A stretch of DNA of 64,000 bases, from IMG/VR virus record IMGVR_UViG_3300031857_013780, positions 1 through 64,000 of that record; one strand, written 5' to 3'. Of the stretch, positions 1 through 10,800 are shown one piece after another. The notes beneath the pieces were generated by a model. That model ran no database searches and was not told where the DNA came from. It was given only the letters and a program-made list of their open reading frames with translations. Position numbers and translations under genes: made by a program. The DNA is from an uncultured virus (IMG/VR IMGVR_UViG_3300031857_013780). Its lineage: Duplodnaviria > Heunggongvirae > Uroviricota > Caudoviricetes. Numbering within the stretch: position 1 is the first letter of the stretch; the number at the start of each line of letters is the position of its first letter.

Positions 1-112
1 GATCAATAACTTCAATTATGGAATTAGAGAAATCTTTGTAAGTAATTATGTTATTTAGTAATTGAATTTGAAAAGTATTTCCTAAGTATCCGAAGTTCTT
101 TTTGTCTGACAT
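1..112 (-). CDS. Partial CDS (runs off the left edge), probable N-terminus of a replicative DnaB/gp41-like helicase
   Basis: Manual translation from ATG at 112: MSDKKNFGYLGNTFQIQLLNNIITYKDFSNSIIEVID. It lies downstream of the exonuclease/RecA/SSB genes. No catalytic motif is visible in the window. Confidence 0.45.
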   Translation of the reverse strand, partial: MSDKKNFGYLGNTFQIQLLNNIITYKDFSNSIIEVID

Positions 113-150
113 ATTGTATAGATTTTTGTTCCTTGTTTTAATAAATATAG

Positions 151-603
151 TTAAGCGAACGAATAATTAAGGTACTGATAAGATAAATTTTTCTCTGATA
201 AAATGTCAGTTAACTCTCTTAAAATGTTTTTTATGTCTGGGCGTATATCCAGTGTATATCTTACCTTTGGCGGGTATAGTTTCGCGTCAATAATTCTATG
301 ACAAATTGTCTTGTTTCCAACCTTTAAGATTATGTTAAATATCTCAGGTCCATCTGTGTTTGATGTTTCTAAAACGTTTGGGTCCTCTTCAATCTGGTAT
401 CTATTGTCTAACATATATACCATACACTTGTTTCTCAATTTTGTTTGAAGTGACTCAGATAGATACTTAATGTACTCATATAATTCAACTGAACTTTCAG
501 CCTTTTCATGATATCCTTTTACATTAAAAAATCTTTGTACCACAAAATTGTTGTTAAGTGTAATCAGAAACTCAACCTTTGTTACATCATTCTGCTCTTT
601 CAT
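151..603 (-). CDS. Hypothetical protein (150 aa)
   Basis: ORF in the replication operon, 4 nt from the upstream gene; no motif recognised. Confidence 0.7.
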   Translation of the reverse strand: MKEQNDVTKVEFLITLNNNFVVQRFFNVKGYHEKAESSVELYEYIKYLSESLQTKLRNKCMVYMLDNRYQIEEDPNVLETSNTDGPEIFNIILKVGNKTICHRIIDAKLYPPKVRYTLDIRPDIKNILRELTDILSEKNLSYQYLNYSFA

Positions 604-607
604 AATT

Positions 608-1615
608 TTACTTTTTTGTTTTAAACTTTGTTTTTTCTTTTCTTGTTAACTTTAAAAATGGTTTTAAAAAATATACCCACTGATCGTCACCTTTTGGTAG
701 GTATTTAAATAATCCGTCGTCCATCATCATCCGAATTAGATTCTTATATCCTCTTCCGTCAGGATCCAATGACTCAGAGTAATAAGCTTGTACTAATTCT
801 TTTCCTTCTTCACTAATTAGTGGTTCCGATAAATCCACAATCTTTTTATTGATTTCAAAAAACTCGTCACCAAATATACCTTCTTTTGTTTTACCCGTCA
901 GTAAATTTTTTAAAGCGGTATTATCTTTTTGTTCTTTTAGAAGTTCTTCACCTCTTGTTAAAATATCGGTAAAAGAAACTTCTCTTTCAAGTAGCTCAGG
1001 AAATAATTTAACAATAGTCTTCTCACCTAAGTAGTATATTCCATCTATATTATCTGATTTGTCACCAGATATTATCTTAAATGTTTTTACGTTATAGTGT
1101 GGAATTTCTATTTCGTGTAGTTTGATCTTATCTCCGTTCTTATAATACTTTTTGGTGTTAGGTGAATAGATTGTAACATCTTCAGAGATAAGTTGTGTGA
1201 GGTCTCTATCTCCACTGAAAATTGTTTTATCTTCGTCTTTTGAAATTTTACAATAATATGCGATGAGGTCATCGGCTTCAGAGTTTTCAAATTCAACTTG
1301 TCTAACAAACATTTCTTCCAAGTATTCTTTTACTCTTTGTTTTTGTTTGTTAAATGATTGTTCTTTAAAATCTTCTGTAACCCCTTTTCGGTTAAGTTTG
1401 TATTTTGGGTAGATTAACCTTCTTTGTGAAGTACTTGTTTCTCCGTCCCAAAATACAACAACCTTGTTGAAGTTTTCGTCTTCTATGAACCTACGTAATG
1501 TGTTAAGGAAATGCCAAATACCTCCTACGTGTTCCGTACCGTTAAAGTAATCTTTAACTCCGTGAAATCCAATTTTTAATAAATTATTCCCGTCTACTAA
1601 TAGGGTTTTTGTCAT
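608..1615 (-). CDS. 5'-3' exonuclease / flap endonuclease (T4 RNase H-like)
   Basis: Motifs LLVDGNNL, VVVFWDG, YKLNR, EADDLIAY, SGDRDLTQL and GDKSDNIDG are typical of the PIN/FEN-like PolI 5'-nuclease family. Confidence 0.93.
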   Translation of the reverse strand: MTKTLLVDGNNLLKIGFHGVKDYFNGTEHVGGIWHFLNTLRRFIEDENFNKVVVFWDGETSTSQRRLIYPKYKLNRKGVTEDFKEQSFNKQKQRVKEYLEEMFVRQVEFENSEADDLIAYYCKISKDEDKTIFSGDRDLTQLISEDVTIYSPNTKKYYKNGDKIKLHEIEIPHYNVKTFKIISGDKSDNIDGIYYLGEKTIVKLFPELLEREVSFTDILTRGEELLKEQKDNTALKNLLTGKTKEGIFGDEFFEINKKIVDLSEPLISEEGKELVQAYYSESLDPDGRGYKNLIRMMMDDGLFKYLPKGDDQWVYFLKPFLKLTRKEKTKFKTKK

Positions 1616-1635
1616 TTCTGTAAATTACAGGGTTC

Positions 1636-2643
1636 TTACTCAACTTCTTCTTTTTCTGCCTTTAAATCAAAGTCACCATCAACACCGATGATTTCTTTCC
1701 AATACTCAGCATATTCTTTTTTGTATTGTTCGATGGATGCCTTTTCTTCAGACGCTTCTTTACCTGGTAAAAATCCATGTGGTGTTACAATTATTTTACC
1801 GTCCTCGAATCCAAGACCGTTGATGTGGTTTTTCATTACGGACACTTTTGTTCTTGATGCAAACTTAACAGTTCTTTTGTCTTTAGTTGCGGTAATCTTT
1901 GTTGTTCCTGCACCTTTTTGATTTCCAAATAAGAAAACTAAAGATGAGTTTAACCAAATTGCTTCACCACCTTTCGCCTTAATTTTTGGTTGACCAAATG
2001 GATTGTCAGGTAATTCTACCCAAGGCTGATTAACAATAATCAAAGTGTTTTCATATTTTGAATCCGCTTTACGAGACCCTGAAATACGTTGGTTGATTCC
2101 CATTCCAATCTTGTCGGCTAAAACACTTGCATTGTGTTGTTTACCACCCTTACCTTCATAAGTCATCTTACATGGTACAGATCCAACAGAATCCCACATA
2201 ATACATAGTGAATAGTCTAAATCGCCCTTTTCTTGTGCGTCTAACAAATCATTAATATAATCCGTAATTTGTTCAATGTAATCAAAGTTATTATTAAAGA
2301 TATAAAAACCATCCCACTCTAATTCACCCGTTTCAGTATCAACAACCTCATCACATTCAAACCCCATTAGTTTAGCATGTTCAAAGGACCATTTTTGTTC
2401 CGTAATAATGAACACAGGAAGTACACCTTTCTTTTGTGCGTCAACTGCCGTTTTAACTAAGGCGGTTGTTTTACCTGTATCACTATGACCTAAAAACATA
2501 TTGATGTGTCCCATCGCAGGTCCCGGTAATCCAACAGCATCTAAGAATGGTTCACCTAAATCAAAGAATCTTTGTGGTTTATATTTTGCTGACGTAGAAA
2601 ACTTTTTCTTTAATGAACTAAAATCATTCTTTTTAATTGCCAT
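1636..2643 (-). CDS. RecA/UvsX-like recombinase
   Basis: Walker A GHSDTGKTT, Walker B-like WDSVGS, IIVNQPW, and KAKGGEAI (RecA GG motif). Confidence 0.9.
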   Translation of the reverse strand: MAIKKNDFSSLKKKFSTSAKYKPQRFFDLGEPFLDAVGLPGPAMGHINMFLGHSDTGKTTALVKTAVDAQKKGVLPVFIITEQKWSFEHAKLMGFECDEVVDTETGELEWDGFYIFNNNFDYIEQITDYINDLLDAQEKGDLDYSLCIMWDSVGSVPCKMTYEGKGGKQHNASVLADKIGMGINQRISGSRKADSKYENTLIIVNQPWVELPDNPFGQPKIKAKGGEAIWLNSSLVFLFGNQKGAGTTKITATKDKRTVKFASRTKVSVMKNHINGLGFEDGKIIVTPHGFLPGKEASEEKASIEQYKKEYAEYWKEIIGVDGDFDLKAEKEEVE

Positions 2644-2926
2644 TTTCTTCTTTTTGTTCGTTTAATATTTTTAACATGTCTTCAGTGATTTCAAACTTCT
2701 CATCTCTTTTGACATTATACTTGTAAACTGTTTCTAACATTTCAAGTTTATCTTTTGCGTTTGTCATTTTTTCAACAAACTTATCCATTTCTTCTAAGTG
2801 TTGTGGGTGTTCTCCAATACCAACGGAATTATTGAAATAAATTAAAAGTGTTGCTTCGGCTTCAGCCATTTCTGACCTATATTTCAAGGTCAGGGCTTCA
2901 TACATTTTTTGTGATATCTTATTCAT
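2633..2926 (-). CDS. Hypothetical protein (97 aa)
   Basis: Contains VGIGEHP, a motif I associate with small T4-like phage proteins; overlaps the recombinase start. Confidence 0.7.
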   Translation of the reverse strand: MNKISQKMYEALTLKYRSEMAEAEATLLIYFNNSVGIGEHPQHLEEMDKFVEKMTNAKDKLEMLETVYKYNVKRDEKFEITEDMLKILNEQKEENGN

Positions 2927-2938
2927 GTTTTAATAAAA

Positions 2939-3793
2939 TTAAAATGGTAATTCTTCTGATGGTTCATCATCCGCTTGTGGATCAACAATTGGTGTTTCTA
3001 CTTTTGTTTCAGTTCCTCCACCAAGAGAAATTTCAGCCTCTTCTCCGTAAACATATTTTTTAAGTTCAGAACTCCACATTGGAGTCTCTCCTACTGCCAC
3101 CGCTTCTAAATACTCAACAGGTTTTTTAGAGTAAACATCTTTCCAAGTAAGTTCATCTACTAACCATCCGTCCATGATTTCTTTATCTGTGTGTACAGGT
3201 GCCGGATCATCATACATAATTGTTTGAACAACTGTGTATTCTTTTCCTTGTGGTGTTTTTGCTTTGATCAATTCAATAATCAAATCACGTCCTTTTTCAG
3301 AATCAGTTAAATCACCTTTTGCTTTCCAAATAGGTAAGATTTTATCTAACACACCTTCCTGTTTATAGTTGTGTTTGAATCTCCAAAACTTAACTCCGTC
3401 TTGTTCGTTATCACGATCAATAACTTTTACGATGTAGAATAAACGTGAACGGTATTGAGATGCCAAATCTTTATCTTCTTTTTTCCCTGTGGAGATAAGT
3501 TCATTATAAACTTCCGTTAGTGGTGATCTTTCGTTGTCGTTTTTTTCAGGGTCATACAACTTAACCCATTGTCCATTAACTTGAATTTCGTGATACCAAA
3601 CTTCTACGAATGGTGAAGAACCATCTTTTGTTGGTAGGATACGAATTCTTCGTTGTGCAGATTTTTCGTTCTTTTGAAGAACGGCAGAAAAATACCTTTT
3701 CAATCTGTCTTCTTGTGAAATGTTTTGTTTTTGTGAACTCGGTGTTGAGTTCTTTTCGTACTGTGCAAGTACTGCATCAATTGAATTTGCCAT
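2939..3793 (-). CDS. Single-stranded DNA-binding protein (T4 gp32-like)
   Basis: RIRILP, PFVEVWYH, KVIDRD and GRDLII segments; acidic C-terminal tail ending DDEPSEELPF; located next to the recombinase. Confidence 0.8.
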   Translation of the reverse strand: MANSIDAVLAQYEKNSTPSSQKQNISQEDRLKRYFSAVLQKNEKSAQRRIRILPTKDGSSPFVEVWYHEIQVNGQWVKLYDPEKNDNERSPLTEVYNELISTGKKEDKDLASQYRSRLFYIVKVIDRDNEQDGVKFWRFKHNYKQEGVLDKILPIWKAKGDLTDSEKGRDLIIELIKAKTPQGKEYTVVQTIMYDDPAPVHTDKEIMDGWLVDELTWKDVYSKKPVEYLEAVAVGETPMWSSELKKYVYGEEAEISLGGGTETKVETPIVDPQADDEPSEELPF

Positions 3794-3832
3794 AGATTTT
3801 GTTTTTAATTTTTAACTCTTTTATCTATAACA

Positions 3833-3860
3833 ATTATAAGTGAATTTGGTAGAATGTCAA
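3833..3860 (-). promoter_or_regulatory. Host-sigma-type promoter upstream of SSB
   Basis: Minus strand reads TTGACA (3860-3855), 16 nt, TATAAT (3838-3833), 40 nt upstream of the SSB ATG. Confidence 0.7.
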
Positions 3861-3861
3861 A

Positions 3862-3887
3862 TAAAAAAGGGACCTTTTGGGTCCCTT
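3862..3887 (-). terminator. Rho-independent terminator
   Basis: Minus strand AAGGGACC-CAAAA-GGTCCCTT followed by a T-run, directly after the stop of 3894..4604. Confidence 0.8.
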
Positions 3888-3893
3888 ATATTT

Positions 3894-4604
3894 TTACATT
3901 TCTTCTTCATCATCATAAATATTGAAGGTTTTTTTAATTTCTCCTGGTGAGAAATTTTCAACTTCGTCAGATGTTAAAATATATTCATTTTTTCCTGACT
4001 TTTCCATATCTACTTTTTTATCATCAAAAAAATCGGTTAGTTTTTGATTATATGGGTAAGAGTCTAAAGATCTTAACATTAGTTTTTCTTCAGGTGTTTT
4101 ATCTCTATATCTATCAAATTTTTTCTCTAAGTTTTCAATTTTACTTAAAATTTGATCCATGCTTTGTAATTTAGATTGCAATTCGTCCAATTTAGAAATC
4201 ATGTCGTCCATAAACCCATCCTGTTTATCTTTAATTTCTTGTTGTGTTGTAACTAAATCAGTGATGTCAATTTCTTCAGATTCCTCTTCACCCCCTTCAG
4301 CACCTTCGGTTTCAGCACCTACTTCTTCAACATCAGGATCGTTTGCAACATCTACAGGTTCAGGCACTTCAGTCCCTCCTGTTGGTGGTGCACCTGCGTC
4401 TCCACCAGGTGCCGGTGCCCCTGCATCTGCAGGTGGTGGCACATCACCAATAGGACCCTCTTCTCCACCTGGAGGTGCTGCAGGATCTGCCGGTGGTTCA
4501 GCCGGTGGTTCTTGTTCATTAAGAATATATCTGTTTATATTTTTAATTCTTTGTATTTCTTGTAAAATCTTTTTATCTACACTCATTTTAATATTTTTAA
4601 CCAT
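3894..4604 (-). CDS. Acidic Pro/Gly/Ala-rich protein, possibly head/scaffold-associated
   Basis: N-terminal EIQRIKNINRYILNEQ, low-complexity PPAEPPADPAAPPGG linker, then a coiled coil. The true start may be MSVDKK. Confidence 0.55.
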   Translation of the reverse strand: MVKNIKMSVDKKILQEIQRIKNINRYILNEQEPPAEPPADPAAPPGGEEGPIGDVPPPADAGAPAPGGDAGAPPTGGTEVPEPVDVANDPDVEEVGAETEGAEGGEEESEEIDITDLVTTQQEIKDKQDGFMDDMISKLDELQSKLQSMDQILSKIENLEKKFDRYRDKTPEEKLMLRSLDSYPYNQKLTDFFDDKKVDMEKSGKNEYILTSDEVENFSPGEIKKTFNIYDDEEEM

Positions 4605-4824
4605 TCAATAATGTTTTCACACCTGTTGGTGTTTCTACCTTTAATGTTCTATTTGTTTTAAGAGTATTGTCTACCCTCTCTATTAAACCATCTTTCATTC
4701 TAATGGTATAACAATCACCAGTATCCAAATCACAAACTTGTTTGTGGTCAGCATCTATTTGTTTTTCAGATAATCTAGTATCTTTTTTCAAATAATCATC
4801 TAATAAATTTTTAATATTGCTCAT
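4597..4824 (-). CDS. Hypothetical protein (75 aa)
   Basis: Has CDLDTGDC; preceded by TATTTATA and an A-rich leader. Confidence 0.7.
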   Translation of the reverse strand: MSNIKNLLDDYLKKDTRLSEKQIDADHKQVCDLDTGDCYTIRMKDGLIERVDNTLKTNRTLKVETPTGVKTLLNG

Positions 4825-4854
4825 AGTTTTTTTTATTATAAATATATCGTTATT

Positions 4855-7800
4855 TTAAAATTTATCTATACATATAGACGCAAGAGAAAATAAGTAGGTT
4901 GCATATTCAGGTGTTATTTCCGCCGATACAATTTTTTGTCTATAAAAATCAAATATATCTTGTCCTGTTCTTGTCCCTGTAAATAAAAACTTTGTGTCAT
5001 ATGCAAATAAAAGTGCGGAGATTGCGGTAGAATACGCATCTTTATCACTTAAAGATGGGTTAGTTGTTTTTGCTGAATTTTTAATTGCTTCTATTATTGG
5101 CGCTGTGGATCCTAAAATACCATTTATTGTTTCTAACCCTCCATCTACATCATCAAAACTAAATAAGGGAACCGCTCCTTCAGGAAAACTAACACAAGTT
5201 AATTTAGATAATGCCGGGTTAGTTACATATAAATTGTTTGCAGATAAAAGAAATAAATTATTATTAATACATGAGACAATACCGTCATTTGTTAGTGTTG
5301 TTGCTTCAGCAGCACTTATTGGTTTATTATCAAATAAGTTTGTCGGCCTAGACATTAATAATAATAAAATTAATGCGTCAACATATTTTTCAGGTTGTTT
5401 ATTTTTAATTTTCAACACTAATTCACCTATCGATATTGTGGTTATTGTATTATTAACATATGGTAATGTTTTATAATCATTAATTACTAATTTATCACAC
5501 TCCTCCTCTGGTGAGGTTTTTGGTTCGTTACTTTGTTTTGATGGGTCTAAAATTGTTTCAACATCTTCTTGATATCTATTTTCATTATTTTCTTTTAAAA
5601 TTTCTTTTTTGTATTTTTCTAAGTAATTTTTCTTAATAAATGTTGATATACTATCAACATCGGGTAGCGCATATTTAGGTATTCTAACACCATTAAATTT
5701 TGTTTCAAATGATGATTCATTAATTGTGTGTGTTACTTCTAAAATTTGATATGGTCCATAAAATAATGGAATATGTCTTAAATTAAAATACATTAATGGT
5801 TGTATCATCGCATTACCCATACTAGTAACATCTATATTATAACTTAATGATTTATAATAAGAGTACATTGATTGTGTCTCTTGAGCGACTTTGTCTCCTG
5901 AAGATCCGCCAGCAAGTCTTTCATTAACCTTGAATGTGACTGCGGTTTGTTTACCTCCACCCATACCAACTGAAAACTTTTTAAACATGTTTTGATTTCT
6001 TATACCAAAATCAACATTAAAAGCAACAACTTTATTTGTTTTATAAAAATTAGTTTCGGGTGTTTGTGGTATACTTATTGGGCAATCTGCTGGATTTCTT
6101 ATATCGAATGAATCATCACCATAAACAACATTTCTGTTATCATTCAATTGTGGATGTTCTGATGTTTTTCCAACATATAAAAATATAAATTTTTGTCTTG
6201 AATCTAAGTAATTAACGTTTCTAAAAGTTCCAAAAAGACTATTTGGTATATCAATGTCTGTTGGTTTATTATAGTTTTCAGCATCTAAAACTCCATTAAA
6301 ATTTATAAATGATGGTGTTGCGTAAAATAATGTAGTTCTATCTTCATCTAGTATGTGACCTATTACATCTGAAATGGTCATATTTTTTTCCATTTTCAAA
6401 TATTTTGTAACATCTTCAAGAAAAAATTGTAATTGATCACCAATATCTGCGTTAGCGGTGTTCATAAAAAGAAAATCTTCAAATAATGGTCTTGTTAATA
6501 AATCACTTCCAGCAGTCCATCTATTATTGAAAGTTTGTAGTTGTATGTATGTTGATAGTTTATTAATGTCTCCATTTACGTTTCCTTGATTACTATTTGT
6601 TTGTAAACTAACTCCTGGTATTTTATCTCTCATATATTGAAACACTTGGTTTGTGAGATTTTTTTGTGTGTCTAAATTTTCTTGTAACAGGTTATCTATG
6701 TATGAAATGAAGTTTGTTTTGTTATAGCTATTACCATTAGAAATTGCATAAAACTTTTGTAATGAATATCTTTTTATTAATTCCTCACATGTTTCTACAT
6801 TTTCTTTTGTAAAATCAATATTCATATCTATAAAAAAGTCTGTAATTGTACTGCCAGTATTATTATATGAGATATAATCAGCATTACCAAAACCATTATA
6901 ATTATGTAATTGTAAAGACTTCCAAGCATCTACATTTTTTTGACTCAAAGTTCTACTTGTTAAAAGAGCATTTGGTCCTGTTAAAATACCATCACCAGGT
7001 AACGTACCTGGTACATATGGGTCAAATGTTATAGGTGATAAATTTTTTAATTCAGGTATAGTTGTTAAACTTGTAAATAATTTTCTGTTAAAATTTAATG
7101 GATTACCATTTTTAAAAATAATAGGATTTTCTATCAAAAATTCCCTGAAAGTATTCGCATTATTTTTTTTCTGTGTGGTTGCTAAACTTAGTCCATCATT
7201 ATTTTCTTGTATTTTTGTTAGTGGTGATGATGCATCATTTACTGAAAAAATAGATAACATTTGATCAAATAATTTTCTATTTTTTAATGAAGTTATACCA
7301 CCTGAAGAAAAATAAGATGGGTCTTGTACATCATCTTCTAAAATTAAAACGTCTTTTGGTTCTGGATTTCTTTTACAAAAACCTAAAAATAATTCTTCAA
7401 ATTTATCCAATATTTCTTTTCTAAATGATTTAAAATAATAAAATAAACCATTACCTTCAAAAAGATCTTGGTATGGACTAAGATAAATATTATTTTCTAA
7501 TATGTTTGATGTTTTTGAAAAATATCCATAGTTTGGTTGTCCCCATAATGTTCTAACAGAACCATTAAACAATTCCTTACTACTTAAAATTTCATAAGTT
7601 AATTTATCATTTTTAAAAAATTCAAATTTTGCTTGGTTTAATGGTATACCTCCGTTTGACGGTATTAAAATGTGAATCTTATTTTGCGCATCTATATTGT
7701 ATTTCTTATCAAATGTAAGATATGAAAAATATGGATTTAAAATAATACTTCTTTTTAAGTTATTAGGGTCTCCACCAAAAGGCATAAAGTATGATGCATC

Positions 7801-10800
7801 TTTATTTACTCCAATATTTAAAGTACCAGCAGTGTACGCATTTGTGAATTCACTTTCAGTATAACCTGTAAATAAATCTTTACCAGTAAAATAGTAATGT
7901 ACATCTGAAATAAGTTTTGGATAAAATCCTGTATTAATAATATCAACATATTTAGTATTATCATTTGCGTCTATTTTTTTATACTGACAAATAAAATCTT
8001 GTGACCCTCCTGTATAATTTTTTATTTTATATATTTTTTCTAAATTTTGTGATAATGGATCATAATTTTTTGTAAAATCAAAATCATTAATGACACCATC
8101 TAAAATATCTTCTCCTGTCTCTATATATTTTTTATATCTATGATAAAATGATCCAATTTTTAAAATTTGTGAGTATTCATATTCATCTAATTTAGATATA
8201 ATGTTATCGGAAAATATAACATCAGTATAGTTAAAATCTTTGTCGTAAGTATAATAATATGATAAAGGACTACCATATGAGTTTAAGTACATATATCCTA
8301 ACGCAACATAAGCGGTTGTAGTGTTTCCTGATTTTTCTAATTCGACTCCTTTCTGTAACGCATTTACAAAATATGGTGTATTAATATTACTATTTATTTG
8401 TGTACTTGAAACATTTCCTGAATAGTTTGGTATGTCTCTATAGGTTTTTTCTGTAAAATTTAAGTTTTCTACTCCTTTTGAAAGATAATCTTTAAGTTCT
8501 ATTAAATTATTTATTGGGTTATTTGTTGTTGGGTTTACTAAGATATCTTTTTTACTGTTATTTACTATATAATCCATTCTATCATATGGTAAAATATTTG
8601 TATAATAATCATTTTTTTTAAGTCTTGCTAAAACTTTAATATCATCTAAAAATGTTAATGACTTTTCATTAATAGTTGATTTAGATAAAAAATCGTCTTG
8701 CGCGTAATCAAGTTGTTTTGTTTCTTCAACATACTGTTTAAATTTCGGCGCTAAAGGATCATTATTTTCTAAAGCCAAGGTATACCCATCAATACTTTTT
8801 TTACTATATAATCCAAAACTATTTTCTGTTAAATTTTGTAAATAAGGTGTATTAAAAATACCTCTTTCTAAATTTAACCAATGATCTGCGGTTCCATTAT
8901 TTGCTAATGTTTTTAAATAATTAAAAGCGTTTTCATAGTTAAAATTTGTATTTTTTAATTTCTCTTGTACTGTAAAGTTTTCAGTTATTGCATTAATTAT
9001 ATTTTGTCCCTCTAAATGTGAAACAAAGGTATCCGCCTGTAGACTCTGTGGGTTAAATTGTTTTGCCAATATATTACTATAATTTGATAAAACGTATAAC
9101 CTTTCATATAACTCATACATTACACTTAATTCGGTAGTACTATTATATGGTTTGTTATTAAACGGAAATTCAAGAGCGTTTACTGTTGTAAAATTTTGTA
9201 AATTTTGTAAATTTTGATATACGTTTTGTTGCGACGAACTTGCTCTTCTTACTGTAGCATCTAAAAAGTTTTCAGTAAAATGTACTTCAGGCCATGTTGC
9301 ATAATCAAATGCAAATGTTTTAGAAGCATATTTAGGATCCCCCAAATATCTAACAACAAAACTTTCCCTTCCATCTTGTAGTTTTTCTTGAACATAATAT
9401 GTTGGCCAAGGATATACAACATTTTGTTCGTTTAATTTTCCTGTTGAGTAGTTTACAACATTTTTAGAATCAATTCCTGAAGATTTTTCAGCAGGTATTA
9501 CGCTTTTTATTCTTAAAGGATCGTTTCTTTTATCCCAAGCCAATCTATGGGTTCTATCCATTAATCTATAAAATGTATCACATCCGGCAATTATTATTGC
9601 CATAATATTTCTAATGGTTGGTTTAAAACCTAATGTTCCGTCTACCTTTGTTACCCTATCTGATAATTCATTAGAAAATTTTGTTTCAATTTCTTGTTCT
9701 TTTGCGGTTAACTGTTGTTGGTAATTATTAATTCTATCTAAAAATCCACCAGGAAAAAGTGTTTGACTATTTGGGTCAGTGATTCCAAATTTCATATAGG
9801 TCGGTTCAGTACTTATTGGTTGGTTTGTTGTTGGGTCTAGTCTTGTTTCTGCGTTTTGTAAAACCAAAAATAATTGTACTTTAAAATCCGTTAGTTCCGC
9901 TTGGTCGGGTGTTCTACCATATCTAATTGTATATGTGTTAATAAAGTCTTTATCACTTAATTTATCTGGTGTTATTTTTACAAATAACTCGTCTTCAGAA
10001 AAAGACACAGGTATTTCAGATGGAAAACTCTTACCACCTATTGTGTAGAAACCACCAATACCGAAAGTTTTATTTTTTTGTAGTATTTCGACACTATTTT
10101 TTATTTCATTTTTTATAGCAGTTTCAATCTCATTTCTTTTTTCTAAAGGAATGGTTTGTTTAAAATCATAGTAAATTTGAGGTCCCTTACCATCATCATA
10201 AGATATATAATTAGTAGTGTCTAAATACCTACTTAATAAAACTGTATAATTTCTATCTTTAATTTCATTTAATTCTTCCCTAAAAGATTTAATATCATTT
10301 AGCGCAATAAAGTCTTTTTTTTCAATACTTTGTTTTATTGAAGTTACAAAATCGTCAGTATTTTTTATAAATTGGTCTATTGTTAATCTTGGAAATCCTG
10401 GTGAAATTAACTTTTTATTTTCATATTCTTGATATACTTGATTTAAAATTTGTCTACCTAAATAATCTACGTCTAAATTTTTTATAGAAGTATTAGAACC
10501 TCCAGGTGCATTGTTAGATGTTCCTCCTTTTGCAACAATTATTGGAAACATTTTAGGTGCTGTTTTAGCATATGTAAGAGATGTGTCTTGTAAAAGTGAA
10601 ACTAAATTTGATGTTAGTTTTATGTCTATATCAAAACTAGCCGTATCATCATTAAATTTAGCCGTAAAATCTGTCATGAACAAAGTGTATCTAATTGCCT
10701 TACCATAAAACCCTTTTACTGTTAAATAAAATTGTGGATAAGGTAAATTAAAAAATGTAGAATATATTGAATTTTCTCCTTGCTCAAATAAAGTCTTACC

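Noticed and set aside
1618..1630. Small palindrome CTGTAAATTACAG between the recombinase and exonuclease genes
   Set aside because: The stem is short and AT-rich with no U-tract; this is expected by chance.
4280..4515. Local high-GC patch suggesting foreign DNA
   Set aside because: Explained by Pro/Gly/Ala codons of a low-complexity linker.
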